Source of the DNA: a virus
Taxonomy: Duplodnaviria > Caudoviricetes
Reading direction: 5' to 3' (one strand)
DNA: 26,823 nt
IMG/VR virus record: IMGVR_UViG_3300034151_000038
Location: 1 to 26,823 of that record
Shown here one piece after another: positions 9,391 through 17,259 of this stretch (position 1 is the first letter of the stretch; each line of letters begins with the position of its first letter). The notes beneath the pieces are model-generated. The model was not told where the DNA came from. It saw only the letters and a list, made by a program, of their open reading frames with translations, and made no database searches. The position numbers were made by a program, and so were the translations under genes.

Positions 9391-9677
9391 TGGCCGAGGA
9401 AATCCGCCGGCTGCTGCTCGAGGATGGCAACTTCATCCAGTTGGAGGATCTCGGCGGCGTGTTGCTGCTCGAGGAGCTGTTGCGACTGCCGACCTGGTTT
9501 CGCGGCTCGCCAGATGCGGAACAGCGAGCCGCCAATGTGCAGGATGCGAGCCGGCCCGCCAATGGCCAGGACGAGACGCGAGTAGCCAATGTTCAGGATG
9601 AACTGCGGTTGAGCACTCTGCAGGGCGGGACGCGGACCGCCAACGTGCAGGAGATGGCAAGCGGATGGCGGCACTGA
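9390..9677 (+). CDS. Small protein with triple LLLED-type motif and 9-aa repeats
   Basis: TGATG-coupled start; MAEEIRRLLLEDGNFIQLEDLGGVLLLEE followed by RxANVQD repeats. Confidence 0.75.
   Translation: MAEEIRRLLLEDGNFIQLEDLGGVLLLEELLRLPTWFRGSPDAEQRAANVQDASRPANGQDETRVANVQDELRLSTLQGGTRTANVQEMASGWRH
9525..9659 (+). repeat. Five degenerate 27-bp (9-aa) coding tandem repeats
   Basis: RAANVQDAS/RPANGQDET/RVANVQDEL/RLSTLQGGT/RTANVQEMA; GCCAA at 9531, 9558, 9585, 9639. Confidence 0.85.
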
Positions 9678-10237
9678 AACTGATTACTCCGGCCGAGCCG
9701 GTCGTCTTGTGGGGCGAGGTCGCCGCACATCTGCGGCTCGACGATGACACCGAACAGGCGCTCGTCGAATCGTATGTTGCGGCGGCGACCCAGCATCTCG
9801 ATGCACACTATGGCATTCTCGCCGGCGGGACGCTCGGCGTGCAAACATGGGAAATGTATCTGGATGCGTTTCCGGCCGGTCCGATCCTGGTCGAGCTCTC
9901 GCCGCTGATCGATGTGGTGAGCGTCGATTATGTCGACGCGGACGGCGCCACGCAGACCGTCGACCCGGTCAACTACGTGGTCGACGACAAGGGCCGCGAC
10001 GGCTGGATCGTACCGGTCGCGGGCTATTCCTGGCCGGCAACGCTCTCCGCCATCAATGTCGTGACGGTGCGCTTTCGCGCCGGGAGTGCACCGGTGCCGG
10101 CGCCGCTCAAGCATGCGGTGCTGCTGCTGACCGGGCATCTCTATGACAGCCGCGAGGCGGTCACGCCGGTGACGCTGAACGAGATCCCGATCGGCGTCTA
10201 CAATCTCGTGGCGCCATATCGGCGCGTCTACGTCTGA
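9665..10237 (+). CDS. Head-tail connector (gp6-like, phiE125 gp8 type)
   Basis: EPV...AHLRLD, QTWEMYLDAFP, VPAPLKHAVLLLTGHLYDSRE, LVAPYR. Confidence 0.92.
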   Translation: MAALKLITPAEPVVLWGEVAAHLRLDDDTEQALVESYVAAATQHLDAHYGILAGGTLGVQTWEMYLDAFPAGPILVELSPLIDVVSVDYVDADGATQTVDPVNYVVDDKGRDGWIVPVAGYSWPATLSAINVVTVRFRAGSAPVPAPLKHAVLLLTGHLYDSREAVTPVTLNEIPIGVYNLVAPYRRVYV

Positions 10238-10250
10238 AAGAGGATTCACC

Positions 10251-10670
10251 ATGACCGATATCGTCATCACGCCGGGCAGCGTTGTTCCCGGCGCCAACGC
10301 TATTATTGAACATGGCTGGGCCGGTGAGACGCTGGCGGCCGGCAAGGTGGTGTATCGCGCTGATAGCGTGGACGGTCGCTATAAGCTGGCCGACAGCAAT
10401 GTCGATGCGCCCGCTGAAATCCACACGCCGCGCGGCATCGCACTGAACGGCGCATCGGTCGGGCAGCCGGTGACTATCCTCCGAAGCGGGCCGGTGACGA
10501 TCGGCGGGACGCTGGTGGCGAACACCGCTTACTACCTCTCGGACGCCCCCGGGGGAATCTGTCCGGTCGACGATGTTGGCACGCAGGAATATCCAACGGT
10601 GCTCGGAATGAGCACGTCGACGACTGTGCTCAATGTGGACATCCAGACTTCCGGCGGCGAGAACCCGTAA
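10251..10670 (+). CDS. Putative capsid decoration/cement-like protein
   Basis: GAGGA RBS; AGETLAAGKVVY, GIALNGASVGQPV, YYLSDAPGGI motifs typical of small beta-tulip virion proteins. Confidence 0.6.
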   Translation: MTDIVITPGSVVPGANAIIEHGWAGETLAAGKVVYRADSVDGRYKLADSNVDAPAEIHTPRGIALNGASVGQPVTILRSGPVTIGGTLVANTAYYLSDAPGGICPVDDVGTQEYPTVLGMSTSTTVLNVDIQTSGGENP

Positions 10671-11003
10671 GTGCAGGCAGGACGTTTGCGCAAGCGCGTG
10701 CGCTTCCAACGTGCGTCACCGTCGCCGGACATCGGCGGCGGCTTTGCGGTGACCTGGGGCGAGGATGTGGAGCTGTGGGGGGACTTCCGCCCGCAACGCG
10801 GCGGCGAAGTACTTGAGGCGGGCCGTAGTGCCGAGCAAGTGCCCGGCGTGCTGCAGGTGCGTTGGTCGGAGACGGCCGCCAACATCCTGCCAGGCGATCG
10901 CGTGCTGATTGACGGCGACGCTTACAATATCCGCTCTTCGATCGATCCGGACGGGCGAAGAATCAGGCTTGAGATGGTTATCGAGAAGGGCGTGGCTACG
11001 TGA
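10671..11003 (+). CDS. Head closure / head-tail adaptor (SPP1 gp16-like)
   Basis: GTG start; AGRLRKRVRFQR, DIGGG...W, DRVLIDGDAYNI. Confidence 0.92.
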   Translation: MQAGRLRKRVRFQRASPSPDIGGGFAVTWGEDVELWGDFRPQRGGEVLEAGRSAEQVPGVLQVRWSETAANILPGDRVLIDGDAYNIRSSIDPDGRRIRLEMVIEKGVAT

Positions 11004-11006
11004 GGC

Positions 11007-11093
11007 ATGCCGGTGATCGCGCTCTATGTCCTGGCAGTCACGATCGCGGCAATCGTTCTGCTGGTGGCGTTTATCGCCAGGGAATTCCGCTGA
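11007..11093 (+). CDS. 28-aa hydrophobic peptide
   Basis: MPVIALYVLAVTIAAIVLLVAFIAREFR*; stop overlaps next ATG (TGATG). Confidence 0.45.
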   Translation: MPVIALYVLAVTIAAIVLLVAFIAREFR

Positions 11094-11215
11094 TGCTTGC
11101 GCTTGCGCTCGTGGCCTGTACGGCGCGTCATGATTGGGAAGTTTCCATCCTGCAGCAGCCGGCGCCGCAAGTCGTTTACGTCCCGTCATATCCGCCGCCC
11201 GCGGTGCGCCGGTGA
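11093..11215 (+). CDS. Small Pro-rich lipoprotein-like peptide (start may instead be GTG at 11000)
   Basis: MLALALVACTARHDWEVSILQQPAPQVVYVPSYPPPAVRR*; lipobox-like LVAC; stop overlaps next GTG. Confidence 0.45.
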   Translation: MLALALVACTARHDWEVSILQQPAPQVVYVPSYPPPAVRR

Positions 11216-11628
11216 GCGTCACCGTCAAGGTGCGCAACAAGGACAAGCTCGCCAGGAAATTGAAGCAGCTCGCGCCGGCGGTGCAGCAGGCTATCGGTGC
11301 GGTCAATGCGCAATCCGCCAACGCGATGGCGGCAACAGCGCGCGGCCTGGTGCCAGTGCGCACCGGAACGCTGCGCAGCTCGATCAGCGCGGCGCCGGCC
11401 GGAACGGAGACGGGCGCCTGGCGCGTATCGGCGGGTGGGCCGTCGACCACCAAGGCAGCACGCGGCGGCCAGGGTAGCTATGACTACGCGCTGGGGGTGG
11501 AGTTCGGAACCAGCGACACGACGCGGCAGAGCTTCTTCTTCACCAGCTACCGGCTGGTTGCCAAGCGGCATCGCAACCGGGTGACGCGCGCTGCGAATAA
11601 GGCGATGAAAGCGGTAGCTGCGAAATGA
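11212..11628 (+). CDS. HK97 gp10-family neck/tail completion protein
   Basis: GTG at 11212; LVPVRTGTLRSSI, YALGVEFGTS motifs. Confidence 0.9.
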   Translation: MSVTVKVRNKDKLARKLKQLAPAVQQAIGAVNAQSANAMAATARGLVPVRTGTLRSSISAAPAGTETGAWRVSAGGPSTTKAARGGQGSYDYALGVEFGTSDTTRQSFFFTSYRLVAKRHRNRVTRAANKAMKAVAAK

Positions 11629-12044
11629 TCGGCTCTTGGGATCTGCAGGTTGCCATCTATGACGCTCTGAAGCTGGCCGGGATCACCGCCGGGCGTGTGC
11701 ATGACGAGCAGGCGGCGCCGGTGAATGTGGCGTTTCCATTCGTGGCGATCGGCGCCACGGAGGCGACCAATATCGACGCTGTCGGCATCGAGGGGACGGA
11801 AGAGATCCTGACGCTGCACATATGGGATCGCAGCAATGAGAGCGGCGGGCAACGCGGCCTAAAGCAGATCAAGCAGATTGGCGACCAGATCCACGCGCTG
11901 CTCAACGGCAAGCCGCTGCACATCGAAGGACGCGACTCCGCCTTCGTCACGGTGCGCGGGTTCACGCCGGTTGCGGAGGGCGATCCGCTCACCTCGCACG
12001 GCGCGCTGACGGTGCGCGTGCAGCACTACAAAAAGCAGAACTGA
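11625..12044 (+). CDS. Tail terminator (DUF3168-like)
   Basis: LQVAIYDAL, GRVHD, FPFVAIG, LTLHIWDR, HGALTVR; position before tail tube. Confidence 0.88.
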   Translation: MIGSWDLQVAIYDALKLAGITAGRVHDEQAAPVNVAFPFVAIGATEATNIDAVGIEGTEEILTLHIWDRSNESGGQRGLKQIKQIGDQIHALLNGKPLHIEGRDSAFVTVRGFTPVAEGDPLTSHGALTVRVQHYKKQN

Positions 12045-12068
12045 TCGAACCAACGATCGACTGATCTG

Positions 12069-12098
12069 AGGCCGGCCTTCGCGCCGGCCTTTTCTTTT
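12069..12098 (+). terminator. Intrinsic terminator-like hairpin
   Basis: AGGCCGGC-CTTCGC-GCCGGCCT followed by TTTCTTTT. Confidence 0.75.
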
Positions 12099-12117
12099 AC
12101 GCAAAGGAGAAACGAGC

Positions 12118-12552
12118 ATGGCCATTCAGAACGGCCGCGAATTGGTGATCAAGCGCAGCACCGTTCCGGACGGCACAGGAACGCGCGTGTTTGTATGCGG
12201 CCTGCAGACGACAACATTCTCGATCTCAAATGCCGACATCGACACCACGCGGCCGAATTGCGACGACCCGTCGTTGCCGATCGTGGCCACGTCGCTGCCG
12301 GGACGGCAGACGCTGGAATTCAGCGGTGATGGCATTGCGGACAATGATGCTGTCGGCAGGATCGTTCTCGATGACGCACGCCTGCAAAGGCGAGTGACTT
12401 ACGAGATCATCATTCCGGGCTTCGGGACTTACGTCGGCACCTTCGCGGTATACGACTATGCCTACAACGGCACGATGGAAGAACCGCTGGGCTTCTCGGG
12501 AACGTGGCGGCCGACTGACGCTGAAACACTGGTATGGACGCCGGCACCCTGA
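12118..12552 (+). CDS. Major tail tube protein (TP901-1/GTA type)
   Basis: AAGGAG RBS; MAIQNGRELVIK, VCGLQTTTFSI, IDTTRPNC, IIIPGFGTYVGTF. Confidence 0.9.
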   Translation: MAIQNGRELVIKRSTVPDGTGTRVFVCGLQTTTFSISNADIDTTRPNCDDPSLPIVATSLPGRQTLEFSGDGIADNDAVGRIVLDDARLQRRVTYEIIIPGFGTYVGTFAVYDYAYNGTMEEPLGFSGTWRPTDAETLVWTPAP

Positions 12553-12941
12553 TGTCAGTCTCGATCAACGAAGCGACCGGCGAAGTTACGGTGGAACTCG
12601 GCGGCAATGTCTTCCGGCTGTTCTGCTCGATGGCGCGGCAGGGGGAATTGGAGCGGGCGCTGGGTGTCGACGGCTTGCCTGGCGTCAACGAAAAGCTCTC
12701 GAAGCAAAGCGCCGATGTTGTCTTGATCGCTCTCAAGACGCTGTGTGTTTCCGGCAACGAAGCACTGCTCGACGATCTGTCGTTCGGCCGCAATATCGCG
12801 CCGGCAATACGGGCATTGCTGGCGACTATCTTTGCCGCGTTGCCGGAGGAGCGCGGAAGGGGAAACGCCCGCGCGGCCGCGGCGGTGAAGAACGGGCAAC
12901 ACCGTGGCCGCGATACCGGCAAATCGCTTTCGGCGTCTTAG
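12552..12941 (+). CDS. Tail assembly chaperone (lambda G analogue)
   Basis: TGATG-coupled start; NEATGEVTVELGG; follows tail tube; contains slippery heptamer. Confidence 0.85.
   Translation: MSVSINEATGEVTVELGGNVFRLFCSMARQGELERALGVDGLPGVNEKLSKQSADVVLIALKTLCVSGNEALLDDLSFGRNIAPAIRALLATIFAALPEERGRGNARAAAAVKNGQHRGRDTGKSLSAS
12860..12866 (+). other. Programmed -1 frameshift heptamer G GGA AAC
   Basis: X XXY YYZ in the chaperone reading frame; -1 frame is open to 13087. Confidence 0.85.
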
Positions 12942-13087
12942 GCTGGCAACCCGATGCACTCCACCATGCCTCGATCCGTCATCTCTGCGATGCCATCGAC
13001 GGTTGGCGTGAGGCTAACGGGGTCAAGCCGAAAGGGCCGGGCATGACGCGTAAGCGCATGGAAGAACTCAAGGCGCAGTACGGGTAA
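12866..13087 (+). CDS. Frameshift extension of tail chaperone (lambda T analogue)
   Basis: -1 frame encodes PWPRYRQIAFGVLGWQPDALHHAS...MTRKRMEELKAQYG, with no separate start/RBS. Confidence 0.82.
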   Translation, partial: RPRGRGGEERATPWPRYRQIAFGVLGWQPDALHHASIRHLCDAIDGWREANGVKPKGPGMTRKRMEELKAQYG

Positions 13088-13094
13088 GGGATTT

Positions 13095-13179
13095 TGTGGT
13101 AGATAGGACGGGCCGATTTGGTGCTCGAAACACCGCCTCGGCCCTAACCCAAGCCAAGGGGATCATCCATGGCCGAGGC
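13095..13179 (+). promoter_or_regulatory. Putative promoter plus structured leader of HNH gene
   Basis: TGTGGTAGAT extended -10-like element; hairpin GGGCCGA-TTT-GGTG-CTCGAAA-CACC-GCC-TCGGCCC (13110-13144); AAGGGGA RBS. Confidence 0.6.
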
Positions 13180-13993
13180 TGTTCGGACTCCTATCATAAC
13201 TAAGCGATGCACGAAGTGCGGACTACTCCGCGCGCTCGATGAATTTAAAAAACGCCCGACGTCGAAGGACGGTCGGAGTTCACACTGCAAGCCATGCGGC
13301 AAAGCTTATTATCGGGCTAACGCCAAGCGGCTGAATGAGAACTCGCGATCTTATTATGCTGAGAAGCGAGCCGAGATACTGCGGCAGAAACAGGATTATG
13401 AGGCGCGCAAGAAAGCCGAGATCAAGGCGGCGAGGCGCACACGTTATCTCAAGAAGGGTGAAGAGATACGGGCGAAGCGGAACGTCTATCATGCTCGCAA
13501 CAAGGAGCAGGTGAACGCTCGGAGGAATGCCTCTTACACCGCGAACGCTGAACAGAACCGCGAGAAGGCTCGCCAATGGCGATTAAAGAACAAGGATCGC
13601 ATAAATGAGCGCCTGCGAAAGTTACGTCAGGATCCGAAGAGACGTTTGGATGGGGCGATGAGGACCGGCGTCTGGCGGCTTCTACGGCCGGGGGCCAAGG
13701 AGGGACGACGAACCTATGATCTGCTCGGCTTCACCAGAAAAAAGTTGATGGCACATCTCGAACGGAAGTTCGCGGATGGCATGTCATGGGAGAACTACGG
13801 CAGGGCATGGCATGTCGATCACATCGTGCCGCTCAGTGTCTTTAACTATGAGACGCCGGATGATTTGGATTTCAAGCGGGCATGGAGCCTTCGCAATCTG
13901 CAACCGCTTTGGGCCAAGGCTAATAATGACAAAAGAGCTAAGTTGAGTAAGCCGTTTCAGCCGTCATTGCGGCTTTCAGGAAGAATAGAATAA
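13169..13993 (+). CDS. Free-standing HNH homing-endonuclease-like protein with zinc finger and helical repeats
   Basis: CTKC...CKPC, Lys/Arg-rich repeats, MSWENYG.AWHVDHIVPL...NLQPLWAKANNDK; more AT-rich than neighbours. Confidence 0.9.
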   Translation: MAEAVRTPIITKRCTKCGLLRALDEFKKRPTSKDGRSSHCKPCGKAYYRANAKRLNENSRSYYAEKRAEILRQKQDYEARKKAEIKAARRTRYLKKGEEIRAKRNVYHARNKEQVNARRNASYTANAEQNREKARQWRLKNKDRINERLRKLRQDPKRRLDGAMRTGVWRLLRPGAKEGRRTYDLLGFTRKKLMAHLERKFADGMSWENYGRAWHVDHIVPLSVFNYETPDDLDFKRAWSLRNLQPLWAKANNDKRAKLSKPFQPSLRLSGRIE

Positions 13994-15549
13994 TGGCGGA
14001 CTTAGAACGTCTAACTATATTGATCGAGGCCAACACCCGCCAAATCACGCGGCAGCTCAAAACGCTGGAACGCGACATAGACAAGTCTATGCGCACTTCA
14101 GCGCGCTCGGTTAATACGCTGAATAAATCGCTGGCGACGGCAACGCGGACGGCGAAGACGTTCGCGACGGCCTTTGGCGTCGGCTTCCTGACTGGCGGCC
14201 TGGCGCAATTGCCGGGCGCCTTGCAAGATGTAGTCGAGTCAGTCGCCGACTTGGGCGACCAGGCGGACAAGATCGGAATTACCGCCGAGCAATTGCAGGA
14301 ACTGAACTTCCAGGCCGAACAGACTGGAAGCTCGGCCGAGGCGATGGCCGCAAGCCTGGAGCAATTCAGCAAGCGACTGGCCGAAGCACGCACCGGCTCG
14401 GGCGAGCTCTACAAGCTGCTGTTGGCGAACGGCGTCGCGCTCGACGACCTGGCCAAAATGGATGTCAACGAGGCGCTGCGCGTGTTTGTCGATATCCTGG
14501 GCAATGCCAAGGACCAGGCAGACGCGCTAAAGATAGCGACAATCGGAGGCGGAAAAGCCGCTACCGATTGGGCGCTGACCTTTCGTGACGGCTCTGATGC
14601 CATGCGGGAGTTCGCCGACCAGGCGCACCGCACCGCGCAGATCATCACCAATGAGACGGTCGAAAGCGCGAAGGAGCTCGACGACAAATTTAAGCTCGTA
14701 CTCGGTACCATCTCGCAGATCGTCAAGAGCGGGGTGGTGGATGCCTTCTCCGACATCGCTGATGAAATAGATCGCATCAACGGCCTGATCGAGACGCTGC
14801 AGAATTTCGGCCGGCGGGTGCGCAGTCAACCGAGCCCGTTCAGTTCTACGGTTGAGGAATTCGAGGAATACGCCAAGGTCGGACAGCGGGTCGATGAAGC
14901 CTTTGCGGGTATCGGAGAACAGCAGCGGGATGCGGAGCTGCGCCGAGCGTTGGAGCGCAAGCTAAGTATTGCGCCGGGTGGCGATGAAGGGCTCGGCACA
15001 CCGAGTGTTCTGCCGGCAGCGATAAAGGAACGAAGCAAGGCACGCGAGGAAGAGACGCAGACGATCAAGCGGCAGATCCCGGTGATCGAGGAACTGAATG
15101 CCGTGGTGGAAGAGGAAAACCTGGCGCAGGAACAACTGATCGATACGCTGGACGAGATCCGCTTTGCGGCCGGCTCGGCGCTCGATGCCTTTGCGCAGTC
15201 GATCGCCAATGCGCAAGGGCCGCTGGAAGCTCTCAAAGCCGGCCTGGCCGATGTGCTGCAGACCATCATCCGCATTGCCGAGCAGCAGGCGATCACGCGA
15301 CTGTTCGGCGGTTTCGGGACAGCCGGCGGCGGCATCCTCGGCGGGCTGCTCGGTGCTGCTCCGGGCATCGGCAGCGTGGCGCCGGCGCGCGCCGCCTCCA
15401 GCCAGGCGGTGGCGGTGCATGTCACGGCTACGCCTTCGCCGCTACTTAACTTGACGATCACCCAAAGCTCACAGGCGGCCGAGGAACGCGCCATCGCACG
15501 CGGGCCGGTCGTGGCACGCAACAACAGCCTGCGCTACGCGGTGCCATAA
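13993..15549 (+). CDS. Tape measure protein
   Basis: MADLERLTILIEANT start, Ala-rich helical sequence, ADKIGITAEQLQEL, Gly-rich hydrophobic C-terminus; position after chaperones. Confidence 0.9.
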   Translation: MADLERLTILIEANTRQITRQLKTLERDIDKSMRTSARSVNTLNKSLATATRTAKTFATAFGVGFLTGGLAQLPGALQDVVESVADLGDQADKIGITAEQLQELNFQAEQTGSSAEAMAASLEQFSKRLAEARTGSGELYKLLLANGVALDDLAKMDVNEALRVFVDILGNAKDQADALKIATIGGGKAATDWALTFRDGSDAMREFADQAHRTAQIITNETVESAKELDDKFKLVLGTISQIVKSGVVDAFSDIADEIDRINGLIETLQNFGRRVRSQPSPFSSTVEEFEEYAKVGQRVDEAFAGIGEQQRDAELRRALERKLSIAPGGDEGLGTPSVLPAAIKERSKAREEETQTIKRQIPVIEELNAVVEEENLAQEQLIDTLDEIRFAAGSALDAFAQSIANAQGPLEALKAGLADVLQTIIRIAEQQAITRLFGGFGTAGGGILGGLLGAAPGIGSVAPARAASSQAVAVHVTATPSPLLNLTITQSSQAAEERAIARGPVVARNNSLRYAVP

Positions 15550-16253
15550 TGGTCAATGTCGCCTGGCCGGAAAAGCTGCGACCGCAGAGTTTCCACTACT
15601 TCCACCTCGATGCCGATACCTCGGGCGGCGTCAGTCTCGGCGGCTCCGAGCAATTCGTCGCCGCCGGCGGGTCGCGCTGGGGCGCCTCGATGTCGCTGCC
15701 GATCTTCGACCGCGAGGGCGTGCTGGCGATGCGGGCGCTGCGCTCGAAACTGGACGGGCGGGCGAATCCAGCCATCCTGCCGAACTTTGACGGGCAGCGG
15801 CTGTCGTGGCCGATCGAGGCGGAGACGGGACGGGTACTAACGCCGCGCGTGGCGCACTGGCTGGACGGCACACGCGGCCTCGATGATACGCCCTACGCCG
15901 GTGCGGAGATACCGGCACCGGCGCAGATCAGCGGCACGGTGACGACGACCGCGGCGCTCGGTGCAACGCAGGTTTCGATCACCATGGCGCAGGGCGGGCC
16001 AATCGAGGCCGGGCAACAGTTCGGCGTGTTCAATCTGCGCCTGCACGAGATCTCGGAAGTGGTGTCGGTGGTCGGAGCGGTGACGACGGTTAACTTCCGC
16101 CCGCGGTTTCGTTCGATCGTCGTGGCGGGGACGGCGATCAACTGGACACGGCCGAAGTGCCTGATGCGCTGCCTGAACATCAATGACGAAAGCCGACGCC
16201 TGGAGCTGATGCGCTTCACAATGCTCGACCTGGAATTCGTGGAATATCTTTGA
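15549..16253 (+). CDS. Distal tail (Dit-like) protein
   Basis: Coupled to TMP (TAATG); SLGGSEQFV...RWGASM, C-terminal LEFVE. Confidence 0.7.
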   Translation: MVNVAWPEKLRPQSFHYFHLDADTSGGVSLGGSEQFVAAGGSRWGASMSLPIFDREGVLAMRALRSKLDGRANPAILPNFDGQRLSWPIEAETGRVLTPRVAHWLDGTRGLDDTPYAGAEIPAPAQISGTVTTTAALGATQVSITMAQGGPIEAGQQFGVFNLRLHEISEVVSVVGAVTTVNFRPRFRSIVVAGTAINWTRPKCLMRCLNINDESRRLELMRFTMLDLEFVEYL

Positions 16254-16828
16254 TGGGCTTCTTTGATGCCACACAGGAAGCGCTGGCGCGCGGGCAGTCG
16301 GTGTTCTTCGGCGAGCTTTACGAGCTCGGGCTTACCAGTGGCACGGTGCGTTATTGGGATGGGTTCGGAGACATCTCGGCCTACGGCCTGACATGGATTG
16401 GACGCGGGCAGTTCGTGCAGCGCTCGGAAATTCCGTTCGGGGTAGATGACGAGGCCGGCGCGATCACGCTGACGCTGTCGGGCGTCGATGCGGCCATTGT
16501 CGCCGCAGTGCGTGCGGAAGAGGCAGAATTCTATCAAAGGCCGATCACAATATGGGGGCAGTTCTTCGGCGAGGATCTGCAGCTCAGCGGCACGCGGTTC
16601 CACCTGTTCACCGGCACGATGGATGTGCCGACATACGGCGGGACAGGTGTTAAGGGCCGCTCGGTGATAATACCCGCCGAGGGCGAATGGTCTGACAGGA
16701 ATGGTGCGGCATTCGAGTTCTTCACCAATGCCAGCCAGCAGGCGCGCTATCCCGGCGATAAGGGGCTCGAATACGTCTACCGATACAACCCCGGCGTAAA
16801 GCGTATGTGGCCGGATTTTACTCCCTGA
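16253..16828 (+). CDS. Baseplate hub / tail tip protein (DUF2163-like)
   Basis: VRYWDGFG, WIGRG, ITLTLSGVD, LFTGTMD, QQARYPGDKGLEY. Confidence 0.78.
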   Translation: MGFFDATQEALARGQSVFFGELYELGLTSGTVRYWDGFGDISAYGLTWIGRGQFVQRSEIPFGVDDEAGAITLTLSGVDAAIVAAVRAEEAEFYQRPITIWGQFFGEDLQLSGTRFHLFTGTMDVPTYGGTGVKGRSVIIPAEGEWSDRNGAAFEFFTNASQQARYPGDKGLEYVYRYNPGVKRMWPDFTP

Positions 16829-17259
16829 TGATTCTGCTCGGAGCTGATGCTCTGACGCGGTTTCTGAACCGCGCCGCGGCAACACCCTTCGCCTGGGGAG
16901 AGCACGACTGCCTGCTGTGGCTGGCCGACTGGATTCGGGAGCGGCGCGGCATCGATCCGGCGCTCGGGATCAGGGGCGGCTACACGACCATGTTGCAAGC
17001 CGCCAGGATCGTCAGGGAAGCGGGCGGCATGCAAAGCCTGGTGGATATCACCATCCGCGAAGCAGGGCTCTCACGGACGCCCGCAGGGGCGCGGGGCGAT
17101 ATAGCCGTGGTGCAGATAGCCGGCGACGGCGGCGAGCACTTCGGCAACCAGGCCGGTGCCATCCTGCTCAGCGGCTCGGCAGCGATGATCTGTCAGGCCG
17201 GGTTGGTCATGCCGCGGCGGGCTGACGTGCCAGTCGTCGCGGCGTGGAGGGTGGGGTAG
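16828..17259 (+). CDS. NlpC/P60-like tail-associated protein (DUF6950-like)
   Basis: PFAWGEHDCLLWLADWI, ARGDIAVV, AWRV; canonical position before tail tip gene. Confidence 0.8.
   Translation: MILLGADALTRFLNRAAATPFAWGEHDCLLWLADWIRERRGIDPALGIRGGYTTMLQAARIVREAGGMQSLVDITIREAGLSRTPAGARGDIAVVQIAGDGGEHFGNQAGAILLSGSAAMICQAGLVMPRRADVPVVAAWRVG

Noticed and set aside
9525-9659. 27-bp repeats as a mini CRISPR array or DGR repeat
   Set aside because: In-frame, degenerate at synonymous positions, no spacers, and no cas or reverse transcriptase in the window
13088-13993. HNH gene as IscB/OMEGA system or group I intron
   Set aside because: No RuvC or PLMP motif; the leader is only about 80 nt; both flanking genes are intact, so nothing needs splicing
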